Source of the DNA: Kangiella sp.
GTDB lineage: Bacteria > Pseudomonadota > Gammaproteobacteria > Enterobacterales > Kangiellaceae
Length of the DNA: 64,000 bases
Assembly (NCBI GenBank): GCA_028284185.1
Contig: JANQSG010000018.1
Span: 53,642-117,641, forward strand
Reading direction: 5' to 3'
A program made the position numbers and the translations under genes. The notes under the pieces are model-generated. The model had not been told where the DNA came from. It searched no databases and saw only the letters and a program-made list of their open reading frames with translations. Of the stretch, positions 43,821 to 51,398 are shown in pieces (within the stretch, counting starts at the first letter, position 1; the number at the start of each line of letters is the position of its first letter).

Positions 43821-43977
43821 AGGTGAATCTATTTGAGCATTGGTCTCAATTGTAACTAAATTAACAATAGCTACCAAAATAATATTTCAGTATCAGCCAA
43901 AAATCAGCAGAACTTCAGGTATTTTTAATTGTGTGCCACTTAATATTGGTGGCTTAATAAGTGAGCACCTGAATCCG

Positions 43978-44838
43978 ATGAAGAAAAAATTATTCATAGT
44001 ATTTTTATTTTTGCAGCCCTTAATCGGCCTTGCTGCCAGCGAGCGAACAGCTTATGAAATGCCCAGAACACACGTTATTCCAATCCATGATTCAACGTCA
44101 GACAAACAGTACGAACTGTACATCAAGCTACCAGAAAACTATGTTGCAGAAGAAGACAGTGTCTATCTCGTGATCTATTTCACTGATGCCGCGTGGCAGA
44201 TCGAAATGTTATCTGCTACCACGGCATTCATGATGGAAAACGCCATTTTGGTTGGTATATCCTGGCAAAAAGACCTGGATGAAGCAATCATTAAGGAGGT
44301 GGGTGAACATGCCAGTCGCTTCAGCGATTATTCCATCCGGACATCCAATGACCCAGACCGTCAAGCCAAGTATCATTTTGGTCAAGCCAAAAACCACCTG
44401 ACTTTTATCCGCAACGACGTGATCAAGTACGTGGAAAACAACTACCGAACCGATCCTGCCAACCGCACTTATTTTGGTTATTCCTTGGGCGGATTATTTG
44501 GTGCTTACGTCCTGGCAGCGCAACCGAACACCTTCAAAAATTACATCCTTGGCAGCCCATCTCTGAAGCGCGATAACCCTACGCTTGCAGCACTTAAACC
44601 AGATCCGGCAACCATTGATGGTGGTCTGAAGGCCCATGTTTATATTTCCTATGGCAGTTTGGAACAGGAAAGGGCTGCGCCGATTAAGGCATTTACCGAC
44701 CTGATGAAAAGCAGATACGGTCAGCGCCTGTCGGTCACGCCTGCCGTGATTGAAGGCAGCCATCAGACCGCTTTTCCGTTGACTGCGGTGAACAGTGTGA
44801 AATGGCTGGTCAACTTGACGCCAGGAGAACAACAATGA
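43978..44838 (+). CDS. secreted alpha/beta hydrolase, putative esterase family (IroE/Fes-like fold)
   Basis: Signal peptide MKKKLFIVFLFLQPLIGLAA and a nucleophile elbow FGYSLGG. Start set at the ATG at 43978. Its stop overlaps the next start (ATGA). Confidence 0.7.
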   Translation: MKKKLFIVFLFLQPLIGLAASERTAYEMPRTHVIPIHDSTSDKQYELYIKLPENYVAEEDSVYLVIYFTDAAWQIEMLSATTAFMMENAILVGISWQKDLDEAIIKEVGEHASRFSDYSIRTSNDPDRQAKYHFGQAKNHLTFIRNDVIKYVENNYRTDPANRTYFGYSLGGLFGAYVLAAQPNTFKNYILGSPSLKRDNPTLAALKPDPATIDGGLKAHVYISYGSLEQERAAPIKAFTDLMKSRYGQRLSVTPAVIEGSHQTAFPLTAVNSVKWLVNLTPGEQQ

Positions 44839-47800
44839 AACTCCAATTGATTTTTGTGGTACTGCTTATGGTGTATTCGACCAACAGCCACAGTGATACA
44901 CAAAGAGAATTTCCAGTCCTCAAAGGCCCCCTTATGGGACAAAAGCCACCAGGCATGGTGGCGGAACCTTTTGCCCCTGGCATCATCTCCAAAGCGGGCT
45001 GGGAGCTTGAGGGCGTGTTTGCTCCTGGCATGCAAGAGTTTTACTTCACTACACGCAACGGTAACGGCAAATCCAGTATGGTGGTCGGCTTACGCCAGCA
45101 CAATAATGTCTGGAAGAAATACATTGAATTCAAACGTCGTGGAGAAGTTACGTTTTCACCAGATGGCAAACGCATGCACATGGCCCAAGGGTATAAAGAT
45201 CGCATCGGTGATGGCTGGTCAAAGTTAAAAAGTCTTGGTTCCCCGTTTGAAGACTTCCGCATCATGCGCCTGACGGCTTCGTCAAAAGGAACCTATGTAT
45301 TTGATGAAGCAACTAGAGATGGAAATGGTGTTATTCGCTATTCACGCCTGATAAACGGTAAGCGTGAAGCACCGAGGCCTTTTAGTAAAGAGATAAACAC
45401 GGGTAAATGGAGCGCTCATCCCTTCATTGCTCCAGATGAGTCTTACATTATTTGGGACAGTGAGAGAGAGGGCGGATATGGTGATAGTGATCTGTATATT
45501 AGTTTTCGACAACAAGATGGTTCATGGGGATCTGCCATCAATATGGGTGAGCAAGTTAACTCTCCCCAGTGGGATGCCTATGCAACCGTCACGCCAGACG
45601 GCAAGTACATCCTTTTTAATAGAGGCATTGATGACAACAATGAGAACGTAGACATCTACTGGGTGGATGCACAAATTATTGAGACCCTCAGGGCTAAAGA
45701 TAAAGGGTGTTGTTTCGAAGAAAATAATGGCCCCGCACCGGAGGCAACAGCCGCCCAAGCCAAGCGCTCGTTCAGGGATATTCCTGATCTCAAAGAAGCC
45801 TTTATCGATGCAGCGCCAACGCATAGAAAAGACGGTATATCCGTTGGTGAGTTGGGTGTCGATGGTGGCAATAAAACGATGATTGTCAAGCTGGCTGAGG
45901 AAATCGCTGACAACAAGCATGGTAACTACGACAGCCTGCTCATCGCCCACAAGGGCAAGCTCTTATTTGAATCCTATTATTTACGCGGCCGCATCAACCT
46001 GCCCCATTTCCAAGCGTCAGCGACTAAAGCCTACACCAGCTTGGCACTCGGCCGTGCTATCCAGTTGGGTTATCTGACCATGGCCGATTTGGACAAGCCA
46101 TTGGTGAGTTTTCTCAAAGATCTGGACCCAACAAAATTTGTCGAGGGTGTAGAAAAGATCACCCTCCACAAAGCGATGACAATGAGTTCGGGACTTAGCA
46201 TTACGGAAGAACAGCTTAACGAATTCAGGAAAAATCCTGATCAGTTAAAAGGCCAGGGCCAAGTTCAAGTTTATCTTGAGCGCAGTGCGCCTGTTAGTTC
46301 AGAGTCTCAGAAATTTGACTATAAAGGAACTGATCCAGACATGGTGATGCAAGTCATTGAGGCCGTCGTGCCAGGCACCGCCCAGGATTTCATCAAAAAT
46401 GAAATTCTCGACAAAATGGGCATCATGAATTATGGCTGGCGGACTAATGTTAGTGGCCTGCCAGAAGCGGGTGCTCGTGCGAAAATGACTTCGCGCGATA
46501 TGGTCAAATGGGGAACCTTGGTCAACAACAAAGGTAAATGGAATGGTGAACAGCTTATTTCAGCAGATTTTCTAGCGAAGGCCACCAGTGGAATTACTCA
46601 GCCTACAGAAGATTGGCAGCCCGAAACCTATCGCTACGGTTATTTTTGGTATCAAACGAATATAATAGTCGGCGATAAAAGCTATCAGGCCAATTTAGCT
46701 TGGGGTGGAGGCGGGCAGCACATCATAGTGCTTGAAGAGCTTGACTTAATTATTGCGATCACTGGTCATGACAGGGAAGATACCATAATGACTCAGGTTT
46801 CAAAAAACATCATACCTGCGTTTGCTAAAGATAAATTCCCAGTCCTGGAAGGCCCTTATATTGGGCAAAAGCCTCCTGGGTTAACACCTAAAGTTTTTGC
46901 TCCTGCTATTGCCTCGACAGAATATCGTGACTGGGGCGGTAGCTTCACGCCGGACATGAAAGAGTACTACTTTACGAGGAGAAATAACAAAACAGGAAAG
47001 TCATCGAAATATGTTTTTAAATCCGAGAATAATCGGTGGTACGAGTCAGCAGTGGATTGGGGGGGCTTTATCTCGCCTGATGGTAAAACTATGTATTCCA
47101 AAAAGAAGTATAGAGAGCGCACAGATGACGGTTGGTCAGAGTTAAAAAGTCTTGGGCCCTTGTTTGAAGAATTCCACATCATGCGCCTGACGGCTTCGTT
47201 AAAAGGAACCTATGTTTTTGATGAAAGAGATGAAATCGGCACCATTCGATATTCTCGAATAATAGATGGTAAGCGTGAAGAACCGAAAAAATTTGGTAAA
47301 GAAATTAACACTGGTAAATGGACCGCTCACCCCTTCATTGCTCCAGATGAGTCTTACATTATTTGGGACAGTGAAAGAGAAGGCGGATATGGTGATAGTG
47401 ATATGTATATCAGTTTTCGACAGCCAGATGACTCATGGGGTGCCGCCATTAATTTCGGGGATAAAATAAACACAGATGGCGAAGACGGTGGGGGGTACGT
47501 CACGCCAGACGGAAAATATCTTTTCTATTGTCGCCGTTGTAGCCCACCAGATTTTGAAATCATGTGGGTGGATGCGCAGATTATCGAGAGCCTTAGGCCT
47601 AAAGAGAGCAGTTTCAGCAGCTTTATTGCGGCAAATGTCGAAGAAAATAATGGCCCCGCACCGGAGGCAACAGCCGCCGAAGTCAAGCTCTCATTTAGGG
47701 ATATCCCTGATCTCAAAGAAGCTTTTATCGATGCAGCGCCAACGGATAAAAAAGACGGTATTCCCGTGGGTGAATTGGACGTTGATGGTGGCAATAAAGA

Positions 47801-48770
47801 CATGATTGTCCAGCTGGCCAAGGAGATCGCTGAAGGTAAGCACGGAGAGTTCGACAGCCTGCTCATAGCCCATAAGGGCAAGCTCTTATTTGAATCCTAT
47901 TATTTGCGCGGCCGCATCAACTTACCTCATTTCCAAGCGTCAGCGACTAAATCCTACACCGGTTTGGCACTCGGCCGTGCTATTCAGTTGGGTTATCTGA
48001 CCATGGCCGATTTGGACAAGCCATTGATCAGCTTTCTGAAAGATCTGGATCCAACAAAATTTGCGGAGGGCGCAGAAAAAATCACCTTGCATCAAGCATT
48101 GACCATGACCACGGGTATTCGCATCAGTGATGAAAACTGGAAAAAAATGCAGAAAAACCCAAGAAGGTTAAAAGGTCAGGGACAAGTTCAGGCACTTTTT
48201 GAGTATAGCACTCCTATTACTGCAGAGGCACAGGTGTTTCGTTACAGCGCCGGACCTCAATTAGTGATGCAAGTGATTGATGCTGTCGTACCGGGGACGG
48301 CTAAAGATTTTATAAAAAATGAATTCCTCGGCAAAATGGGCATCACGAACTATGATTGGCAGACTGCCGTTAGCGGACTACCAGAATCTGGTTGGAAGGT
48401 AAGCGTAACATCACGAGATATGGCCAAAATTGGAACATTGGCCATGAACAAAGGTCGATGGAAGGGTGAACAGCTGATTCCAGAAGCCTTCATCACTCAA
48501 GCGATCAGCAGGATCAACTATTCTGGTGATGAGGATATTTTCGGCGGTGGCAAAGATGTCTCTAATCAGGGGTATGGTTATTTCTGGTGGAGCGGAGATT
48601 TGAGAGTCGGCAATAAAAGTTATTTCGCCGCATCGGCTCAGGGTGGTGGCGGTCAGTACATTATTCTGATCGAGGAGCTTGACCTGATGGTTGTGGTTAC
48701 TGCTCATGACAACGATAACCGTACCCTGCAAATAATCGCAGAGAGGATCTTACCAGCTTTCATCAATTAA
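44835..48770 (+). CDS. exported 1311-aa protein with two tandem [TolB-like PD40 domain + beta-lactamase-fold serine hydrolase] modules
   Basis: Signal peptide MKLQLIFVVLLMVYSTNSHS. PD40-like FSPDGKRMH/VTPDGKYILF and ISPDGKTMY/VTPDGKYLFY. SxxK nucleophile motifs HFQASATKAYT and HFQASATKSYT, each followed by a WGGGGQH / QGGGGQY box. Start set at the ATG at 44835. Confidence 0.85.
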   Translation: MKLQLIFVVLLMVYSTNSHSDTQREFPVLKGPLMGQKPPGMVAEPFAPGIISKAGWELEGVFAPGMQEFYFTTRNGNGKSSMVVGLRQHNNVWKKYIEFKRRGEVTFSPDGKRMHMAQGYKDRIGDGWSKLKSLGSPFEDFRIMRLTASSKGTYVFDEATRDGNGVIRYSRLINGKREAPRPFSKEINTGKWSAHPFIAPDESYIIWDSEREGGYGDSDLYISFRQQDGSWGSAINMGEQVNSPQWDAYATVTPDGKYILFNRGIDDNNENVDIYWVDAQIIETLRAKDKGCCFEENNGPAPEATAAQAKRSFRDIPDLKEAFIDAAPTHRKDGISVGELGVDGGNKTMIVKLAEEIADNKHGNYDSLLIAHKGKLLFESYYLRGRINLPHFQASATKAYTSLALGRAIQLGYLTMADLDKPLVSFLKDLDPTKFVEGVEKITLHKAMTMSSGLSITEEQLNEFRKNPDQLKGQGQVQVYLERSAPVSSESQKFDYKGTDPDMVMQVIEAVVPGTAQDFIKNEILDKMGIMNYGWRTNVSGLPEAGARAKMTSRDMVKWGTLVNNKGKWNGEQLISADFLAKATSGITQPTEDWQPETYRYGYFWYQTNIIVGDKSYQANLAWGGGGQHIIVLEELDLIIAITGHDREDTIMTQVSKNIIPAFAKDKFPVLEGPYIGQKPPGLTPKVFAPAIASTEYRDWGGSFTPDMKEYYFTRRNNKTGKSSKYVFKSENNRWYESAVDWGGFISPDGKTMYSKKKYRERTDDGWSELKSLGPLFEEFHIMRLTASLKGTYVFDERDEIGTIRYSRIIDGKREEPKKFGKEINTGKWTAHPFIAPDESYIIWDSEREGGYGDSDMYISFRQPDDSWGAAINFGDKINTDGEDGGGYVTPDGKYLFYCRRCSPPDFEIMWVDAQIIESLRPKESSFSSFIAANVEENNGPAPEATAAEVKLSFRDIPDLKEAFIDAAPTDKKDGIPVGELDVDGGNKDMIVQLAKEIAEGKHGEFDSLLIAHKGKLLFESYYLRGRINLPHFQASATKSYTGLALGRAIQLGYLTMADLDKPLISFLKDLDPTKFAEGAEKITLHQALTMTTGIRISDENWKKMQKNPRRLKGQGQVQALFEYSTPITAEAQVFRYSAGPQLVMQVIDAVVPGTAKDFIKNEFLGKMGITNYDWQTAVSGLPESGWKVSVTSRDMAKIGTLAMNKGRWKGEQLIPEAFITQAISRINYSGDEDIFGGGKDVSNQGYGYFWWSGDLRVGNKSYFAASAQGGGGQYIILIEELDLMVVVTAHDNDNRTLQIIAERILPAFIN
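44908..46830 (+). repeat. Intragenic tandem duplication, module 1 (about 1.9 kb)
   Basis: Starts at FPVLKGPLMGQKPPG. It stays in register with module 2 at offsets of 1911-1926 nt. Confidence 0.85.
46834..48767 (+). repeat. Intragenic tandem duplication, module 2
   Basis: Starts at FPVLEGPYIGQKPPG. Several patches are near-identical to module 1, for example 47332-47425 against 45421-45514. Confidence 0.85.
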
Positions 48771-48840
48771 ACTGTAAAAGTAATAAATAAGCCGTTACCA
48801 AATATTATGAAAATTTAAACAATGAGAAAACATATTTTAT
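48747..48840 (+). repeat. Tail repeat, copy 2
   Basis: ATCTTACCAGCTTTCATCAATTAAACTGTAAAAGTAATAAATAAGCCGTTACCAAATATTATGAAAATTTAAACAATGAGAAAACATATTTTAT matches 37913-38008. Confidence 0.7.
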
Positions 48841-48979
48841 AAGGTAAATTCACCCGACGCTAAAAAGCGAACTGATTAACGATGTTATATTTAATTCAGT
48901 AAGTGTAGGTTGAGGTGAAGCATGAACCCCAACAAAAAGGTTTTCTTTGTATCGTCGGGGTTCACGGGCTCATCATTGA

Positions 48980-49085
48980 CCTACGTCATTTCCGCGTAGG
49001 CGAGCGACCAAAGGAAGTGCCCATAGTGAATCTATAGCCAGCCCAATTCTATCTATTAGATGGATTCGCGCTTTCGTGGGATGAC
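48980..49085. repeat. Degenerate REP-like elements
   Basis: CCTACG-N9-CGTAGG at 48980-49000. GGATTCGCGCTTTCGTGGGATGAC at 49062-49085 resembles a decayed GATCCCTGC-TTTC-GCAGGGAT unit. Confidence 0.4.
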
Positions 49086-49105
49086 AACGGTACGTTAAAA
49101 CGTAT

Positions 49106-49217
49106 AAATTAAATGAACCTCTTTTAATTTTCCTACGTCTTGTTAGTAAAGACATAAAATAAATGGTATGAAAACGAGTCGTGAGGAGTTATTGGTGATT
49201 TCAGCACAAGCTGGCAA
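49106..49217 (+). repeat. ECF sigma promoter and 5' end (copy 2, attached to the intact gene)
   Basis: See 41463-41570. Confidence 0.85.
49114..49139 (+). promoter_or_regulatory. ECF-type, probably autoregulated promoter TGAACC-N16-CGTC
   Basis: TGAACC at 49114-49119, a 16-nt spacer, then CGTC at 49136-49139, about 30 nt upstream of the sigma start. It fits the general AAC-N16/17-CGT pattern of ECF promoters. Confidence 0.55.
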
Positions 49218-49671
49218 TGAAGTTGCTCTTGCTGAACTCTATCAAAACTTTTATCAGCCATTAGTCAAATTTGCTTATAAGCTTTGCGGTCATCACGACT
49301 GGGCACAGGATGCAGTGCAAGATGTTTGGTTGGATGCGGCCAGGAAGCTACGCAAACTTAATGATCCAAAAGCTTTTCGGAGTTGGATGTTTCGTGCAGT
49401 GCGCTGGCGCTGTATCGATTTAGCCAGAAAAGCAGGCAAAAGTCAGCAACTTAATGGTGAAGAAAATATCGCTCAAGAAATGCAAACGCAAGATTTTGGT
49501 CTGCTGAAATTGATCGATGAGTTACCAGAAGTCGAACGTCAGGCAATCTATTTGTTTTATCTGGAAGAAATGTCACTTGCCGAAATATCAATTGTGTTAG
49601 AGGTACCACAGGGCACAATAAAGTCACGATTAAATCGAGCAAGAAATCATTTAAAAGAATTACTAACCTAA
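49168..49671 (+). CDS. RNA polymerase sigma-70 family, ECF subfamily
   Basis: 167 aa. Region 2 is DWAQDAVQDVWLDAARKL. Region 4 helix-turn-helix is MSLAEISIVLEVPQGTIKSRLNRARNHLKE. Confidence 0.9.
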   Translation: MKTSREELLVISAQAGNEVALAELYQNFYQPLVKFAYKLCGHHDWAQDAVQDVWLDAARKLRKLNDPKAFRSWMFRAVRWRCIDLARKAGKSQQLNGEENIAQEMQTQDFGLLKLIDELPEVERQAIYLFYLEEMSLAEISIVLEVPQGTIKSRLNRARNHLKELLT

Positions 49672-49672
49672 G

Positions 49673-50068
49673 ATGAGTAAAGAGGTAATAGCTATGAAAA
49701 TTGATGAACGAATTAAACAAGAATTGGAAACTGAGTCAGCTCAACTGGATAAAATTTTAGCCGAAGAACCTGGTTTATTTGGTCAGGTAGCTGGAATTTT
49801 TAAAGGCGGTCTTAAATTCTGGGTTATTGTGGTCAATATTTTTGTGATGTTATTTACAGTAATCATGATTTGGTCAGGCTATGAATTTTTTGTGGCAGAT
49901 AATATTGATAACCGTATATTTTGGGGCGTTATAGTTTTAGCATCACTGAAGGCTCAAGTATCTTTAAAGGAATGGTTGTTTAGTGAAATGCGTCGAAGTT
50001 CTTTAATGCGAGAAATTAAGCGGCTGGAATTATCCGTTGAGTATTTGCAGCAGAAAATTGAAAGTTAA
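49673..50068 (+). CDS. small two-TM protein; candidate anti-sigma or sigma-associated membrane protein
   Basis: Starts 1 nt after the sigma stop. Has a cytoplasmic N-terminal helix, two TMs and a C-terminal coiled segment. No HxxxCxxC zinc anti-sigma motif is present. The role is inferred from position only. Confidence 0.4.
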   Translation: MSKEVIAMKIDERIKQELETESAQLDKILAEEPGLFGQVAGIFKGGLKFWVIVVNIFVMLFTVIMIWSGYEFFVADNIDNRIFWGVIVLASLKAQVSLKEWLFSEMRRSSLMREIKRLELSVEYLQQKIES

Positions 50069-50167
50069 TTTAAGAGTGAGTTCGAAGGTGGTGTTTTAAA
50101 GAATAGAGTTTGACTGTTTCTTGAAATCGGTTATGGTTGCGGTATTGTTTTTTACTGGCCTATAAAC

Positions 50168-50905
50168 ATGAACCAAACTCAAGTTGCTCAAAAATCAACA
50201 CCTAAAATTGCTCTATTATTGCGCAGGTTAACTAATTATTTAACTCTGGACTTTTTAGGTGGTCCCAGACTCTGGAAATTTTCCTGGGTAATTAATTTTC
50301 AAAAAGCGGGTACTTTTTTCTTTTTAGGTTTTTTGATTTGGTATTATCAAAACACCTCTAGCGCAGCTTGGGTTTATCTAGCAATGCATGGCAGTTATGG
50401 CATTGTTTGGATCATTAAAGATTTGGCTTTTCCCGATGCCAATTGGCAAAAAAGAATTACTATTGGCGGCGGCTTGGTTGCTTTTTTTGGTGTTCTATTT
50501 TGGTACTGGGTTTTTGGCTGGTTACTAATTTCAGGAACGGTTAAACCTGATTATCCGCTTCCCCACTTTATCTGGTATTGTTTGTGTATTTCATTATGCA
50601 TTATCGGTTCAGTTATTATGATTGCTGCAGATGCACAAAAGTTTTTTACTTTACGAGTACAAAAAGGCCTAATTACTGATGGCATGCATAGATATATTCG
50701 TCATCCCAATTACTTAGGTGAGATGATGATTTATGGTAGCTTTGCTTTAATGGTATGGCACTGGTTACCGGTAGTGATTTTGGCTTATGTTTGGCTCTGT
50801 GTTTTTGCGGTTAATATGGTGCTAAAAGAAGCCAGTATGTCACGTTACCCTGAGTGGGCAGTTTATAAAAAAAACAGTTGGTGGTTAATCCCCTGGGTTT
50901 TCTAA
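50168..50905 (+). CDS. DUF1295 / isoprenylcysteine carboxyl methyltransferase-like membrane protein
   Basis: Multi-TM protein with HRYIRHPNYLGEMMIYGSF, the signature shared by the ICMT, PEMT and DUF1295 families. Confidence 0.7.
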   Translation: MNQTQVAQKSTPKIALLLRRLTNYLTLDFLGGPRLWKFSWVINFQKAGTFFFLGFLIWYYQNTSSAAWVYLAMHGSYGIVWIIKDLAFPDANWQKRITIGGGLVAFFGVLFWYWVFGWLLISGTVKPDYPLPHFIWYCLCISLCIIGSVIMIAADAQKFFTLRVQKGLITDGMHRYIRHPNYLGEMMIYGSFALMVWHWLPVVILAYVWLCVFAVNMVLKEASMSRYPEWAVYKKNSWWLIPWVF

Positions 50906-50906
50906 A

Positions 50907-51398
50907 TTAGTGTTTTCTAGGATTTTTCCGGCGCCATTTCCAGGGTTCAATTCTTTGATTCTCCTCTAATGCCCAGAGTCCTTTTTTATCTTTGCGTGCC
51001 TGGCCTTGTAGCCACTGTAGCTTTAGATTATCGCTATAGCGCCAAACCCAGGCGTGGCCCGTTTCAATCATGGTTTTGTTAACGGATATCTCCTTTTCTT
51101 TACTTTTTATAATGATATCCACCAGTTGACGGCCATAGCGATCTTTATCTTTTCCTATAAGCTGCAAGGACTTATCGGCAATCAGCTGTTTTAAAAACTG
51201 CCGTGATTCCTGAGCAAAAGGCTGGTGTTTTTCGGGAGCATCAATATCCTTGAGTCTAACGATAAAAGTCTTACTTTTTTTATTGCAACACAGAATGACG
51301 CTATCACCGTCTTGTACATATTCAAGTCGATATTCTCCGCTGACTCTTTCACAACCAATCAGCAGAAAAATTAAAATAATAATTAAACTGGACTTCAT
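50907..51398 (-). CDS. thermonuclease (staphylococcal nuclease-like) lipoprotein
   Basis: Lipobox LLIGC. SNase motifs DGDSV, VRLKDIDAPE, YGRQLVDI and GHAWVWRYS. Confidence 0.85.
   Translation of the reverse strand: MKSSLIIILIFLLIGCERVSGEYRLEYVQDGDSVILCCNKKSKTFIVRLKDIDAPEKHQPFAQESRQFLKQLIADKSLQLIGKDKDRYGRQLVDIIIKSKEKEISVNKTMIETGHAWVWRYSDNLKLQWLQGQARKDKKGLWALEENQRIEPWKWRRKNPRKH

Noticed and set aside
43889-43940. RpoE-like GAACTT-N16-TGTG motif upstream of the esterase gene, as a possible target of the ECF sigma
   Set aside because: The -10-like part lacks the CGTC seen in both sigma promoter copies. I found no other TGAACC-N16-CGTC site in the intergenic regions.
43840-43977. Longer N-termini for the esterase (43840), the large hydrolase (44802), the CadC-like gene (43877), the lipoprotein (38436), mdh (35056), arsC (17935), slyD (18398), ridA (26563), the TBDT (53148) and the cytochromes (58538, 59514)
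   Set aside because: In each case a downstream start gives a canonical N-terminus (a signal peptide, a lipobox or a conserved family N-terminus) and removes the overlap with the neighbouring gene.
48923-48964. Hairpin TGAACCCC-N26-GGGGTTCA downstream of the large hydrolase gene, considered as a terminator or tRNA fragment (possible att site)
   Set aside because: No T-run follows it, so it is not a typical intrinsic terminator. The GGGGTTCA segment has no matching T-stem or acceptor context for a tRNA.
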